The notes beneath the pieces are model-generated. The model was not told the DNA's origin, searched no databases, and saw nothing but the letters and a program-made list of their open reading frames with translations. The translations under genes and the position numbers were made by a program. A stretch of 63,175 nucleotides of DNA, counting the filler, from Perkinsus chesapeaki ATCC PRA-425 (lineage: Eukaryota; Protista; Perkinsozoa), in assembly GCA_013115145.1 (NCBI GenBank). It is 11 parts of 11 records of this genome, joined end to end, with 100 filler letters (N's around TTAATTAATTAA, not from the genome) between each part and the next. Parts side by side here need not be neighbours in the genome. Positions count along the whole stretch, not along the records: positions 1 to 13,347 come from JAAPAO010000792.1; 10 more parts are not named here. One strand, 5' to 3'. Numbering within the stretch: position 1 is the first letter of the stretch; each line of letters starts with the position of its first letter. Shown one piece after another: positions 1 to 13,447 of this stretch.

Positions 1-74
1 TTGAGTTTACTCTGACAAGCGCCTGTCTCTTCCCTACCCGTCGATTTGCCCTCGGGGGATGTGTTGCAAAGCAC

Positions 75-871
75 GTGCTCTCCGCATTGCTTCCCAGCTA
101 TCCCGATGTATCGCATCCTGCCGTATTCAGCTCGGAGTCCTTCTCCCACTACACTCCCAGCGGTCCCTTCTCGGTCCCAGCTAAAAAGGTATCACATGAA
201 GAATATGTCCCGCCGGACGAGGTGAGACTTTGTAGCTGTGGCGTCACGGCGTCACACTTTTGTTCTAGGTATCCAACCAGACGATGTACAGCTGTGGGTC
301 TCTCGCTCCCAAGACTCACTTAGGTCATCTCAAGAAGAAGGTAGCACATGCTCTAGCTCAGAAACTGATTGCATATTGTCAGAGTCCCGGCGGTGGCTGC
401 ATGAACTGCTCAAGCGGTGATGACCGCTACGCTGTTGCCTGGGAGAGAAGTGATGGAGCTGTGGATTTGTTGGCTTCAGTACGACACCTTATGACTGAAG
501 GATGTCACCTATTATTGTGGCAGGATTGTCTTCTTCGAGATGACCCAGGGGAACTGCTGGACACCTTCATGCCTACAGTGGAGAGTATCTTTCACCTTTC
601 ACATTTCAAGCACAATGTGAACCTTAAGAGGACCATATGTGAACGGTAAAAGCAATCGTCACACTACCTCTAGTTCTTCAATAGATTCATGGAGCTAGTA
701 AGGGCGCGTCCTGAGCTTACGCCGAGATTCAGTGGCATTCGTGGGCAATGCGAAGCCTTGTTAGAGGACTCGGCAAGCAACGAGGAGAGTCTCCGAACTG
801 CTCGTCTATGCTTTGAAGATTTCGTCAGAGTCACTACCGTAACTGTACCGACCGCCACCGCTGCGATGTGA
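75..871 (+). mobile_element. Degenerate LTR-retrotransposon integrase-like remnant
   Basis: Broken ORFs give YVPP, THLGH...CMNC (HHCC-like), AWERSDGAVDLL, LLLWQDCLLR and TPRFSGIRGQCE, in the order expected for an rve integrase zinc finger plus core. Stops and frameshifts are present. Confidence 0.4.
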
Positions 872-1101
872 GCGATGGTGTTACATTTGTTTAAGTTGTG
901 TTCGACCCGGTGAGTTTTCTGTTACTGTCTTCCATATGGTATCGGCTTGCGTTCCCTCGTCTGTATAGAGTATGTGCCTCAGACGTGTTTTTTGTGGGGG
1001 TGCTTCTTGCATGCTGTCGAGGTTTCCCCTTCTTCGGTCTGCAGCTGCATCTGGGGGCTCGGCAGCAGCAATGGCTGCTGCTAGGATGGTGCATCCTGTC
1101 G

Positions 1102-2941
1102 ATGGTCTCTTCATGGCAGCCTCAACCCTGCAAAAGAAGGCACCGGAGGTCCCTGCTGAGAAGGAGCTCGCTGGTAAGTCCAGTCATCCCAGCTGTTGTT
1201 GAGGGTCGTCCTCATTCAGACTTAGCAGTATCGGCGGAGCGTGCCCTGCAGTCCGACCCCAGAAGGTTTGTGGACATTTCCCACTGCGTGGCTGGTATCG
1301 TTCCACAGACCATGCTACAGGACTATCGAAAAGTAGGAGGTCTCCCTGTTGCGGTATATTATTGCTTTTCCTAGGTCTTCTCGTCAACTGTGATCGAGCC
1401 ATTCCTGACGGTATCGGACTCCTCTATTGGTCTGAGTGACGATGAGGCGTTAGCTGTATTCTTGGTGGCAGCGGAACTCGGAATCCTCAGAGGGACCGAT
1501 AACGTTGAAGTCACAGCAGCACTTTCGAAGCGAGTGGAGAAAGTACATCTCCTCGGCAGATGAACACATTTTCAACTTCACATCTCAGATGTTACCAACG
1601 GCCGACGCGCAACTGCTCCTATCTTGCCTTGGGCCTGTGAGGAAGGCCGATGCTAGTTTGGCAAGGTGGGCCATGTCTCCTATTTCCTTATCCGGCTTAC
1701 CGACGGGGTTAATCAGGAAAGTTGTACAGGAGCTGTTGACTCGTGCTCCGGCTCTGGAGCCTTTGCAACTGGCAAGCCTTGGCGTTGGACTTAGTGGGGA
1801 AAATGAGGAAATACGGCACACGCTGCTTGCTGAGGTACTGGACCTTTTTGACTTTCATGGAGACTCGTTTTCCCTTTTATAGATCGACTCCCGACTCAGC
1901 GGAGGGGATAACCTGCCCGAGCGGGACTTGGTGGACCTGATCATTGCGTCTTTGCGGCTTGATCCCTCCAATAGCGAGGAGAGGCGGCCAGTAGCTGCCC
2001 AACGGCTCGCTAGTCTGCTGCTGGCTCGTCCTGTGGAGGAGGGTTCTAATGCCCTTGCCGGCAGTGAGCTGGAATGGGCAGCTGATGCAGCCACCCTTAT
2101 TGGGAATAGAGACTTTCCTCAACTGGCAGAGGTAAGTGGCCTTTTCCCAAGGATAGCCACCTTCCCTCAGTTGCTGGTGGTTAACGGACAGAAGGCGATT
2201 ACTACCGAGTGTGCTTTAAGCCCGATGCTTGTCGATCTGGCTGTGTCCATCAGTCGTGGCATTGCTGTTACGGCCCCTCCAAGCAGCCCCTTCTTCACGG
2301 TGTGGATGCAGCACCTCTGCTCTGCAGTTATAACACCGACCACTGATCTTCGTCTGGTTCTGCGACTAGCCCACGGTCTTCAAGGTATCCAACAAGGTGA
2401 CTTGCAGTGGGGCCTCACATGGGACTTCATAGCCCAGACCTTACTGGGGCGGCCCTTAGAGGACGGGCAGGTCTCGGATGTGATGTCCGTCGTGTCCTTC
2501 GCAGCTGACCATATCTGCACCGAATTGCCGCAAGATGCTCTTGAGGACTTAGCCCAGCAAATCACATCGCCTAGGTTCGTGGCCTCTACCAACATTCACA
2601 GCTTGGCTCTTATAGCCATCAATTGTGTCAAATTGCTGCAGCAGCCAACGGAGTTCCTGTCGCGGCTTGTTCCAACCTTTAAAGGCCACTTCCTGAAGGG
2701 CGGACTCCCCCCAGCGACGGTCTGTCTCGTGCTCAGTGCCTATGGCAGAGCCCTTGGTCCGGCACGGCAAGGCGCCACTAAATTGACCATAGCAGCTCCG
2801 TTGAGTTTTGCTGAGCTTCATGACGCCGCTGCTGTAGCGTTGCTGGATACCAAGATACCCTTCACGCAACAACAATGCCATATTATGATAGTTACACGGT
2901 CGTTAATGAACCCGACGGAAGAATCAAGTGAGCTGAGCTAG
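1102..2941 (+). CDS. Multi-exon hypothetical protein (helical repeat-like)
   Basis: ORFs 898-1374, 1505-1882 and 1928-2941 join via GT-AG introns (about 1332-1374, about 1543-1588, and 1835-1882, 48 nt, whose terminal TAG is the apparent stop). No family recognised; ends uncertain. Confidence 0.55.
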
Positions 2942-3628
2942 AAAGCCCACACTCTTAAGTCAATTTCACCGCAGGCCCGGCATTTACGGCTTTGGTGGGT
3001 AAGATACTGCTGAGTGCAGTGTCGACGAATCCTCCTACCCGAGATAGCGAGACCACCCTCGGGCTCTTGAAAGGCTTAAGGGCCGGATCGGACGTGGAGC
3101 AGGTTAGAGCGACTTTATCCCAGCTATGGTACTGTAAACCTTGCAGGTTCTGATTGATGCTGGCCTGGTAACAACACCGGAGGACCGAGGGAAGGATGAT
3201 CAAGGTTCAGGTGGTCGAGAAGGTGCTGAAGCTCGTATGAAGGCAACCTTCAAGTAGGGCTCCCTTTGGTTAATAACGCCTTAGATCTGTCATCCCTCAG
3301 GAAAGCAGTCTCCTCTGCTTCGGCAGCTCGAGGAGCAGTCGACCTCTCCAATGTGAAGATGCCGGACCCCAACGAGTCCTGGTGGCAAACTGTCCGTCGG
3401 CGATGGAGTTGGTTTTTCTGATAATAATAACTGTGCTATTTGTTTCCACGTTACATTTCTTGCTTCAAACTTAGCTTGATTTGGTAAATCCACCAGCCGC
3501 ATACAGAACTCAAACCCTACCACTCCACAGCGACGTATCGACCCTCGGAGGAACTCGTGGTCCATAACTTTTCGCGGAGCTGTCTCGTGTGAGCAAACTG
3601 TACGGGTCCTCCTATACCAGTCCTTGCG

Positions 3629-6600
3629 ATGCGCCTTGCTGTTCGTCATGCCTCCTCGCCCATTGCGTCTCATGACGGCATTTGCACCGGCGTGGTTCAA
3701 AGGGCAGCGAACCCTCAGGGAGGGTCAGCGGGGGAAATCTTATCAGCTGGTGATGATGGCAAGATTATACGATGGCATGAGAAAGATGTAGAAGTCTGTA
3801 AAACTCGTGGCAAACTTACTCAGGGAACCTCTCTTGGAGACCTCTGCACTGTCGACTCGCATATCACCGCGATGGCAGCTCACAGAGGTAGACTAAACCA
3901 CCGTCGGCATATTTCAGGGCCTTGATCAAGGTGACGAAACGGTGGTGGTCGGATGTTCTGATGGCACAATACGGTTCATTAACAGCACAACAGGCAAAGA
4001 AGAGAGAAGAACGCAACAGACACACAAGTAGGGACGAAAACGTGATGCCCGACGATTTAGGTGTACTTGTCGCGCTGGATCATGTCGAAATGGAACTGCA
4101 AATACATACTGATAGCTTGTGGCAGAGGCTCCGTGACCTATCTTCGTTGGGACCATGATGGGCAGCTGTTATGTTCCTGTGGGGAGGACGGAACTGTGAA
4201 AGTGGGCCTAGCAGCGCGAGCCGATTGATCAGTGGTGGAGCATTCTCTCACCAGGTGTGGTCCAAGAATGGAATGATTCGATCCCAACTTGCTCAAGTCT
4301 CGACAGCCGTCATCTGTGCTGCCTGGTCCCCTGACAGTGAGACACTCGCGTAGGCCAAACTATAAGCACTCCTCTTCGTTGGCAAGTTGGGTCGATAGGT
4401 TCTCATGTTTACCTTCACTGCATTTGAAGACGCTGGTGGCTGGGCGTGGTCTAATCCAATGGAAGGCGGTGGAGAGTGGGACATCTCCAGACATGAACAC
4501 TGGGGAGGTAAAGAACTTCTCATAACGACGGAGATACAGCCCATAGATACTTTGTCTTGATTGGAGCCCCGTGACAAGGTTGATCGTATCAGGTGGAGAG
4601 GACTGCCGGTGAGCTTCTTCATGCCGGTGGTCGGTTTTGTATTTGCTGCGTTAGTTACCGTATATGGGAGGCAACAGGGCAGCTCCTTTACTGTAGTGAG
4701 CCCTTCGAGCATCCTGTTACTTCTGTGAGATGGACACCTAACGGGAAGTTCCTGGCGGTTGGAGCATGCGGTGCCATCAAGCTCTGCGATGCTAGTGGTT
4801 GGGCATACTCATGTGAGTCTTATTATCAATAGCAGGTGGTAGCGATTGTATTCCCTTTCCTCCCTCTCAATCAGTTACCCACCTACCTGGCCTACAGTAT
4901 AATCAAGATACGCTGTATGATAGAGCTCACGTGGTGTCCAGTGCTAGCTCCGGTAGCAGCTCACCCTTCTCGTTGTGCTGGGCTTCAGATGGAACACGCT
5001 TAACGATGGGCATGGGCGATGGCACAGTCATAACAGCCGAGTAGGGAGTTGGCAATACCGACGTGATCGGATGCCTCTCTCAGTGTGGTGGGCCGATGCT
5101 GCTCTTGGTTGAACGTGGAGGCTGTAATGACCGATGCAAATACAGTGGTTGTGAAGGATCACCTCGCAGCTACAACAGGTCCGTCTCAGCAAGGGCTGCT
5201 GCCTGGGGCGGTATATGTTTATTCATATCAGAGGAGATTGACTTCAATGATAGAGTCACCGACTTGAGCATAGGCTATGGCCACCTCGTTGTCACTACAG
5301 CCTCACAGTGCTTCATGTAAGCCGTTGGCAGCAGGGCCTAGTTGTGAATGTGAGCACTGCTGACCGGTGGGGAGCAGCATCGGCCGATCAGAGTTATCTG
5401 AACGGCTAAGTTGAGTTAAACTTCCAAGCTAGCCGCGCTTGTCATGTCTGGAGACATTGCTCGATAAAGTTGATTGAGTTAGGGTATACACTTAGTAATT
5501 CCGCCGCGTATTAGATACAATCGCCACGAGTCCGCAGACAAGCATGAGACCAAGATCTCCTGGGTTACCAGTCCTATAGTAGAGGAGATCAAAGGTGGGC
5601 GGCTAGCTACCTGTGCTACCAGGATTCCATCAATGCTGCTTCTCAGAGCCAACGTCCCTTATCGTACAGTGTAATGAACTATTCTGTCTGGTAGACACCA
5701 AAGGTATGGGCGTATATCCGTACGATAGAAAGAATAGACGTAATCTCATTGCCCATCATTGTTGTATCGTGCTGCACTGTACCACTTTTAGTGTCTTACC
5801 TCCGACCTCCTACTCAGCAAAGGTTAGACTTCCTTACTGAGAAGACCGTCACAATTTCCAAGGATACACTAGTGTAAGGTCTGTCAAGATAGTGAGGTCC
5901 GTTACGGTCCAATCAAGATACGTAGACCCATCTCGGCCTCGAAACCTATGCATCTTTGACCTCCTATCACCCAGTGGTGGCTCCTCCGGTGGCAAAGGCC
6001 CAATGGTCCTGTCTCACAGCAGTAACAATGCTGCAGCCCATCGCACAACCTTCCCTTCGAGTTTTTTGCATCCTTTTCCATTTAGCTGAAATAACCCAGA
6101 TCGGCCTCTCCCAAACAGGCGAGGTTGCTGATAGGAAGCTAGCTTTCCTGGACAAGAATTCTGTAAGGTCGGAGCAGTCGAGATGGCCCGAACGCGGCTA
6201 TGTGTCAGGACCTATGGATCACCGCTGGCTATCCACAGTACATATCATTCAGAGGGCCCACAGGGGACGACAGGATGCCCAAACTGAAGGCTATGGTATA
6301 ACTCTTACCACACTGCCATCATAGCAGTTCGTGTTTAGGTATCCAGTTTCCGATGGAATGATAGAACGGACATTTTGGTGGCGACTGCGGACCAGCAGAT
6401 GATCACTTGGAACTATCCCCAATGCGCCTTTAGTAAAACTGGCTATGTATCCGGTCAAAGTGCATTTGTATCGCAGGCGATGCGCAAGCGGCAAATCTTA
6501 CAACTGAAGTCGTAGACATCCCTCGATCATCGGCAGGCCCGGACAACGGTCAGCATCATACCTGGAAGAAATCCGGACTGCTAATTTCCTACAGGTCCCG

Positions 6601-7563
6601 GTAGCATGTCCGACGCAGTCGTGGAAAGTTTCATCGGTAAGTGACAAAGTTGGTCGTTATAGGAACTGCGTCTCATGTCAGGGACCCGAGTTACCCTACA
6701 GAGGTCCTATGGTGGTAAATTGGTCCTAGCGACATCACCCTATCCGCCGCTTCTATACAAGCTACAGTCTAAAGGGCATTGGGATAAGGCAGTCAAACTT
6801 TGCAGGTTGGTCCTTTGCTGGATCTCTAATAATGAATGTATTTAGATATGTACAAATGAAAGAATTGTGGGCAACACTGGCTGCAATGGCGATGAAGGCT
6901 AATGATGCTGGCGGCACGCTTGAGACCGCTCTGGCTGCTATATCTGATGTCTGCAAGGTATGAGAGACGCCATTCTCCCATTAAAGGTTGATAGTAGATC
7001 TCGATGTTGAGGCATGCCAAGGCCCAAGCTGATCCCATCGTAAGGCAGGCAGAGATAATGCTTCTATCGAGGAGGGCTAACGAGGCCATCCAGTTGCTAG
7101 TGGCCAATAAAAAGATATATAGGGCGATTAAATTGTAAGGCTAGTAGTCGATCCACAAACAGCAAGGAGGCTCGTGATGCGCCATGCACGGCTGTTGTGT
7201 GTATTCTCAGCAACATCTGGCTTCACCGATGGGAGGCTGCATTAGATTTGGCCGTGCACCACCGGACCCATGTTGACACGGTCCTTGCCTATCGTATGAG
7301 ACATCTCGAGGCAATGAATCATGCCGAGAATAACGAGAAGTTTAGGCGATATGCTGCAGAAGTGCCTGTAGGGAGCCAAGGGGGGCACTGCACCTCACTC
7401 AAGGCTGGCGATGGTTTAGGTTGACTGGGAGGCCATAAAGACCAAGATTGCCCGAGAAAAGGCGGATGAAAGGACTAGCAATGTTAACACGCCAGTGAAC
7501 CAATCAGCGACATCTATCCCATTGGAGATGCCATCCGATATCACTGCCGACTACAGCACCTAA
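3629..7563 (+). CDS. IFT80: Intraflagellar transport protein 80 (WD-repeat, IFT-B), many short introns
   Basis: Exon peptides match IFT80 in order: MRLAVR..ILSAGDDGKIIRW, VWSKNGMIRSQLAQ..AAWSPDSE, YRIWEATGQLLY..FEHPVTSVRWTPNGKFLAVG, FNDRVTDLSIGYGHLVVTTASQC, DRKLAFLDKN, WEAALDLAVHHRTHVDTVLAYR, DWEAIKTKIARE; stop TAA at 7561-7563. Confidence 0.93.
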
Positions 7564-7828
7564 CAACCCGAATGTGAACATATACTCGTGTATGTCGATA
7601 AGCTTCATGAACCTCTGATAGTTGAGTTTAAGGTCTTAGCTGCTGATGCACTGCGCCTTTGAATTGCGCGTTGAACTTAGGGATTTATTTGTCCTCGTTA
7701 ATTGGAGCTTGATACGGAGGTGGCAACGATGTAATCGAATGTGAACTTCACAACGCAAGCCACTTATGATCTAGAAACGTCAATTGGTGAAATAATTGTA
7801 CAAATAATAATACAGCATTAACAACACG

Positions 7829-10800
7829 TTATTCACCAACCTCTAGTAAGTGTATCTAACAGAAAAACAAATACTTTAACATCAGGACCAGCAGCAGCTC
7901 ACCGTTCGAACGTCTGACTCTGAGAACCTTTGGCCACAGAGAGGGCACTTCCGATTACGAGCTTGTATCTGTCATTGAGCATATCACAAAGGGCGACTAT
8001 AAAGGCTGTCCTACCATAGTCTCATTGACACAAGTCCGACAGAAACAGTGCATGCATTTTTGTAGAGCAACTTGCTTGTCATTCTGTTGGCAAATTGAGC
8101 ACTTCACCTTCAACTGAATCGACGACGTATTTTCAAGGATACTTTGTGTTACTCTTCCCTACTCTGTATGCTCTTATCTCCTCCTGTTGTATTATAGACA
8201 TTGCCTGGGACTTATCATCAATAGCAGGAGAAGGTGACATACCACCACCTAATCAAACACTCTACCAACATCATCGCCTATCCATCCGGATCTTCCCACC
8301 TGTACTCTCCCCGTTATGGTTACCGGACGATCGAGCCTAACAGACATGCCATTGAGAGGCGAGTTGGTGCAGATAATACTTTTTCAAGTTGACGTGTTAA
8401 GCGGATGTTTGTCTTTTCAACCTCCAGGATACGCTTGTTCTTTTCACGGCAATCTGCTTGGCATTTATCCGCAACACCTTCATGGAACAGCTTATATATC
8501 AAACAACAGCGACGGCAACTTACCCTTCAACATGGTGATAGTGCTCTTGAAAGATTCCATTTTTTCTTTCTGTTCAGCCACTATTGTCTACCAAGATCAC
8601 TCCTTTACAGCCAGCCCTACACCACCTACCTCAAGCTGCATCCTACACTGACCCATAGCAGCTAAGTTATTATTGTTGCTCTGTTGTGCCTAATTAATAC
8701 CACACTTCCCTCATATCCTTCCTCGAATACACTACTAGCTGCGCGTCCTGCATTGTCGTGCCAGTTGCCTGCCTATGTGCGTTCTCTAACACTTGGACAT
8801 GGTTCCTCAAAGCGTCCCTCTCTTCCGTCTAAATACAACCACTTCCTATTCCATACCACACTTCCCCCTACAAGCCGCTGGATGACACCCAAGCTTTCAT
8901 TCTTCTGCCGTAAAGCGTCCCAGTAGTTGTCAACAACTCGAGCGTTCTGTAGCTCTTGTACCTACAATAGCACTACTACCATTGGACACCAACTTAACTA
9001 TCTTACCTTGGCTGCTTGGGACAATCGTGAAAACTCCGACTTATGATCGTCCACCCCCTTAACGACAGACTGAGGGAATGGTATTAGCACCTACTTGGGT
9101 CTTTTTTAACCTACATCAACTTGCTTTCTTAGATTAGCCATCCTCTCCTTTAATTTAGCATTGTGTTTTTGCTCTATTTCCAATGCCGCTTCTATCCGTT
9201 CTAACTCTGACGTCTTGCACTACATAAGGTTTGCTCGATAGTTTTGCAACAACAACATTCGCTACCTCAAGATCGACTTCGGTCTTAACAAGAGAACTGG
9301 CCATTTTATGACAAATGCTCTTCAGTGATTCATTTGACGCGGCACATCTACATTGTTTCTGTTCCTTCAGCACAGCACGTTCCTCTTCCAGCCGTTGGAT
9401 CTACAGCCCTCCAATTACCCTATATGCCCTCCTGCCCATGTTATAACCTTCCTAAGATCCTCTCGTCGTTCCTCCTCCATTTTCTGCGTCTTAACTGTAG
9501 CCTCTTTCTCGGCATCAAACAGGTTCCTGCACTCCTGCTGTCGAGTGTCCAAGTCAGCTTGGTATCTGCCTGATCGTTAGCAGACGGACATTGCTGTTAG
9601 CCTACGTAGCGAAAAACTCCTCCATAACCTTATACCGCTCCTCCCGCGCTTTATTTACAGCAACGGATGCGTCGCAGTCTGACAAGTGACGCGGTTACCG
9701 TGGAGTCCAGATTAACACCCTTCTACCTGCTTTTAATTTTGTCACTTCAGCTCGCAAACTTCCGACCTCAGATGCTGCTTGCATAAGCCTTTCTTGCATC
9801 GTTCCTGAATCCGCTTCTACAGTTACCCATCGAGAGAATGATCATACCAGAACAGGTATTGGCTACACGCTGTGCCTCGTTGAGTTTCTGCTGGAGGTGT
9901 TCGATTTTAGACTAATAAAAGCATTTTGAGCCCTTTACTTATAAGGTAGTACATTATGGTCCGTTTCCAACTTGGCAGCTCTATCACGCCAGACATCTCT
10001 GTCGCGCTTCATCTGAGAACCACTACAGATCCATCACGAGCAGCAACGTGCAAGAAGAACATTACTGCACTGAGTGACTCCTGTAGAGCTGTGCAAGACG
10101 TCGACTCTCGTGCCGATAGCATCTAAATTTCCACAGCTCCAATATTCTGTAACTGACCGAATGCTATACGCTATACTACCGTCAGCTGCGTTCGGAGTCT
10201 ATCAACTTCATCCATAAGTTCCCGTCGTTCCCTCTCTGACCTCGCCAATGCAGGTACAGCCGCTGAGCAACATTTTGGTAAATATCTTTGTTCCCTCATC
10301 TGCCCAATAGTAATACCTTCCTCTGCTGATCCCTCTTCTGGGTTGAATATGTTCATTCTATCAGGGTTCAACTGATGCCTTAGACGGACTACTTGCTTTA
10401 CTAGTAACTAAGACCGGTGTGAGAAAAATGCAACAAGATGCTACGTTGTTACATTCTTTTCGAATTGCGCATCCTCCAATTCATTTTCTAGTTTATCAGC
10501 TCGATCCTTCTCAGTATCAGCCTTTGCCTCCAGCTGAGATGTCCGCACTACTGCTGCTGAGCCTGTGTGAGCTCTAAGCTGACCAATGACCTAGACATAC
10601 CATAATGCCACCAATGACACGCTTATACAGGCTGTATATGAAGGGAAGTTTATGCGGCCATAATACTACCTCATCAATTAGGTCACTAGACACTAACAGC
10701 TGTGCCTCATCAGCTTCAATGTCAAAGGCTTTGGCCACACGCAGCCATCTAAAAGTTAACAACTATTTCATGGTAACCACCTCAGATCATACACATTCTT

Positions 10801-11220
10801 AAGAACACTAGCATTGGCTAACTCCTCCTCCATCTGTTTGCTAGTCTTCTCTAATTTACTATAATCCTGCCGATGTTGGACAAGCCTGGACTTCAATTGT
10901 GAGTTCTAATAATGAATGCACATTAAAAGCATATACCAAATTCAATGATACCATCCTAAGAAGGATTTGAGGCGTCAGACTGTCCTCCATTATACTGTCT
11001 CTCGTCTCTAAGACCACTCCACCAGCCTGATTGAAATATTAACTGACAACAAAGCTAGCTAGGTAAATACCCCTATAGTATGAGAGACACCAGTATTATT
11101 GCTGCCTGCATCTTCTCCACTATTACTCCCTCCTTTTCTTCTTCTTTTTAATGATGGTGTATCAGAGGGTGATCGAGAACGAGAGCCTCTACTACTGCCA
11201 GGTGATGGTGATGGTGGCAT
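7829..11220 (-). CDS. BRE1: BRE1-like E3 ubiquitin ligase (long coiled coil plus C-terminal C3HC4 RING; histone H2B monoubiquitination)
   Basis: Spliced C-terminus reads LKVKCSICQQNDKQVALQKCMHCFCRTCVNETM|IQARNRKCPLCGQRFSESDVRT|IHLLEVGE*, the BRE1-type RING. Upstream exons are coiled-coil (NSQLKSRLVQHRQDYSKLEK, RSERERRELMDEVDRLR). Likely N-terminus MPPSPSP..LKRRRK at 11220. Confidence 0.85.
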
Positions 11221-11663
11221 GTAGCCTAACCACTGGCATTAAAACACTAACCATAAATCACAGATAAGTTCTCATCAACTTCACGCCACTGTCTTGGAAC
11301 GAAGGCTAACCTGTTGCGATGGCTGAACTGTTCTACCCAACTGGCAACAGCCCTTGATCACGTTCCGAATAATGGGTACATGTCGAGCTCTGTCGATTTT
11401 GTTAATTGCTTAGTAGAGTGAGGCTTTGAACGACTTTATCAATTTATAATGCTTACACATTCTTAGTCTCATTATATATAGCTACAACCTTGTGCTGGAA
11501 GTCGATGAATACGAGCGCTCTGTAATAGATTAGCATATTATTATTAACTCAATAACGGATGCAAGGATAATCACATCTGACATCATCATCATCTTAACGC
11601 CTCTTTCATGACTCTTATGAACAATATGTTAAAAGCAAAGTATCCACCATCCATTCCAACTCA

Positions 11664-12455
11664 CTAAACCACGTGGTGTAAACTCCTGTGGCCGAGATTC
11701 AATTGAGCATTCCCGAGGTAAGTTGAACAGAGATCTTCAAATGAACCGAATTGCTGTGACAGCTGACTTCCAGCTTCCTTGCATAAGTTTCTCGTCGCCC
11801 GAATAGCATTCTCGTCACAAAGGACAACATCCGGGAGGTTCAGAGGTCCATTGATGTCCTTTGTCGGATCTATAGCATGGGTTACTCCTTCACAATGTCT
11901 AAATACTTCCACAGTTGCTCGCATAAAGTGGGTAGTAGATACTCGTTGAAGAGGGTCCGTGAGTGATAATGCGTGCACTCCCAAGCCACCTGGAGTAGGC
12001 TGGAACTGGTATTTATATGACTCAGTTCTGTAGACTTCGAGTTGACGTAATATATTACTGAAGTAGAAGCGATATGGTTGATGATGATGCTTGATTACTC
12101 ACTATGTTGCCGAGAAGGAACTTGAACGAGGAAATCTCGGGCAGACTATTTCGTTCATTCTCAGGTGTTGCTCATCCACGGATATATTCATGAACCCATT
12201 AGTTTGTCCCACTTCGCCTCTCCTTCCAAATTCACACGTGAAAGATTCACTACTAACCTTGCTTAGTCGAGGGAAGCCCTCCTGAGCGGATATCAAGCAT
12301 GAAGAGGATCACACGTAGGATCTTACGAGATATTCTGGCAAGTCGCCATCATTGTTCACGAGTTCACGAGGGCCAATAGCAGCAACTCTGATAGAACTAA
12401 CCGTCGGGAAGATAACCAGGAATACAACCGCCGCCGATGAGAACAACATATTCAT
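11664..12455 (-). CDS. Hypothetical secreted protein, multi-exon
   Basis: ATG at 12455 gives MNMLFSSAAVVFLVIFPTVSSIRVAAIG (signal-peptide-like), then a GTAAGA donor. Further open exons lie at 12102-12296 and 11664-11984; 3' end uncertain. Confidence 0.45.
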
Positions 12456-12536
12456 CAATAACTGGAAATGTACGGCTCGATTGTTGATGATAAATCGGCG
12501 CGCGATACTTGCATGAACTCGGCGCTCGCCTAGAGC

Positions 12537-13347
12537 ATGATTACCAGCATCATTTCACGAGCAGCAGCTGGCAGTTATTTTTTGATGCTTCCCTTTCATA
12601 AAGCTATCATTCACAAGGCTCACACAGCAGTGGTAGTCTTAGTAAACCGATCACTATCGATGAGAGCTCATAAACTGCGAGTGCCTGAGGTATTGGCTGC
12701 TGCATTGGAGGACTTAGCCGACCATCGTGACCAATATGCAGCACTTACTGAGATGAAGTCAGGCAGGGCATTACCTGTGCTGGATTCTCCTGGAGAAAGC
12801 GACATATTAAATATAACCGAAGCAATACTCGAGGCTGATGATTTCCTGCAGAAAAACGGTATATTATTCGAGGATATCCTTGCCGAGCCCAATGATGATG
12901 GGCAGTTGTTGATGGAAGGTTTGCCGCCTATGTCGCCAGAGGATTGCGATGAGTCGGTATGGCTCCGAAATGTCCGAGATATCCTATATGGGGATGGGGC
13001 TCAGTACTGTGTTAGAGCCCAACCTGGGTACAAGGATGATAATGATAGAGTGCTGAGGAGGCGACAGGCTGTTATTGAATATGAGACCACAAGGCAGGCT
13101 TTGGCTGAATACGAGGATTATGTTAATCAACTGAGCAAGCAAGGAAAGGCTGCTTCAGACTCTTTAACTAATAAGTCAGTATGGATGTCATGGTGTAGAT
13201 TGTTGGCTAATAGACTTGAGAAGTCTAAAGATATTCATCCGATGCTATCGAATCTAACCTCGGAGGATCTTAATTTAGTATCTGTGGTGACTGTCCATAA
13301 TGTATTGAATATGCTTTGTACGCCAAGTGGAGGTCGACACCCCTTTG
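12537..13347 (+). CDS. RpoT: Phage-type single-subunit (mitochondrial) RNA polymerase, N-terminal part, truncated by gap
   Basis: LRRRQAVIEYE..QALAEY..L.KQGKA...SVWMSW..L...VSVVTVHNVLNMLCT resembles the N-terminal domain of organellar RpoT (LRRRQ..IE..W...A.EY...GW...AVITMH.LM.LL). The catalytic domain is not in the window. Confidence 0.65.
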
Positions 13348-13447
13348 NNNNNNNNNNNNNNNNNNNNNNNNNNNNNNNNNNNNNNNNNNNNTTAATTAAT
13401 TAANNNNNNNNNNNNNNNNNNNNNNNNNNNNNNNNNNNNNNNNNNNN
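13348..13447. other. Assembly gap with artificial six-frame-stop linker
   Basis: N-run + TTAATTAATTAA + N-run. The same construct is at 17465-17564, 25942-26041, 27482-27581, 31945-32044, 33226-33325, 57992-58091, 59358-59457, 60624-60723 and 61874-61973. A plain 100-N gap is at 52329-52428. Confidence 0.97.

Noticed and set aside
284-649. MULE/SWIM transposase interpretation of the first ORFs
   Set aside because: The motif order (H-x3-H, CxxC, W..+D, +L+.+D) fits a decayed retroviral-type integrase better; neither call is certain.
1880-1882. In-frame TAG suggesting readthrough or an alternative genetic code
   Set aside because: It is the AG acceptor of a 48-nt GT-AG intron (1835-1882) with a pyrimidine tract.
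13392-13403. TTAATTAATTAA repeated ten times at N gaps as a biological motif
   Set aside because: Always flanked by fixed-length N runs; it is a six-frame-stop linker added during pseudomolecule construction.
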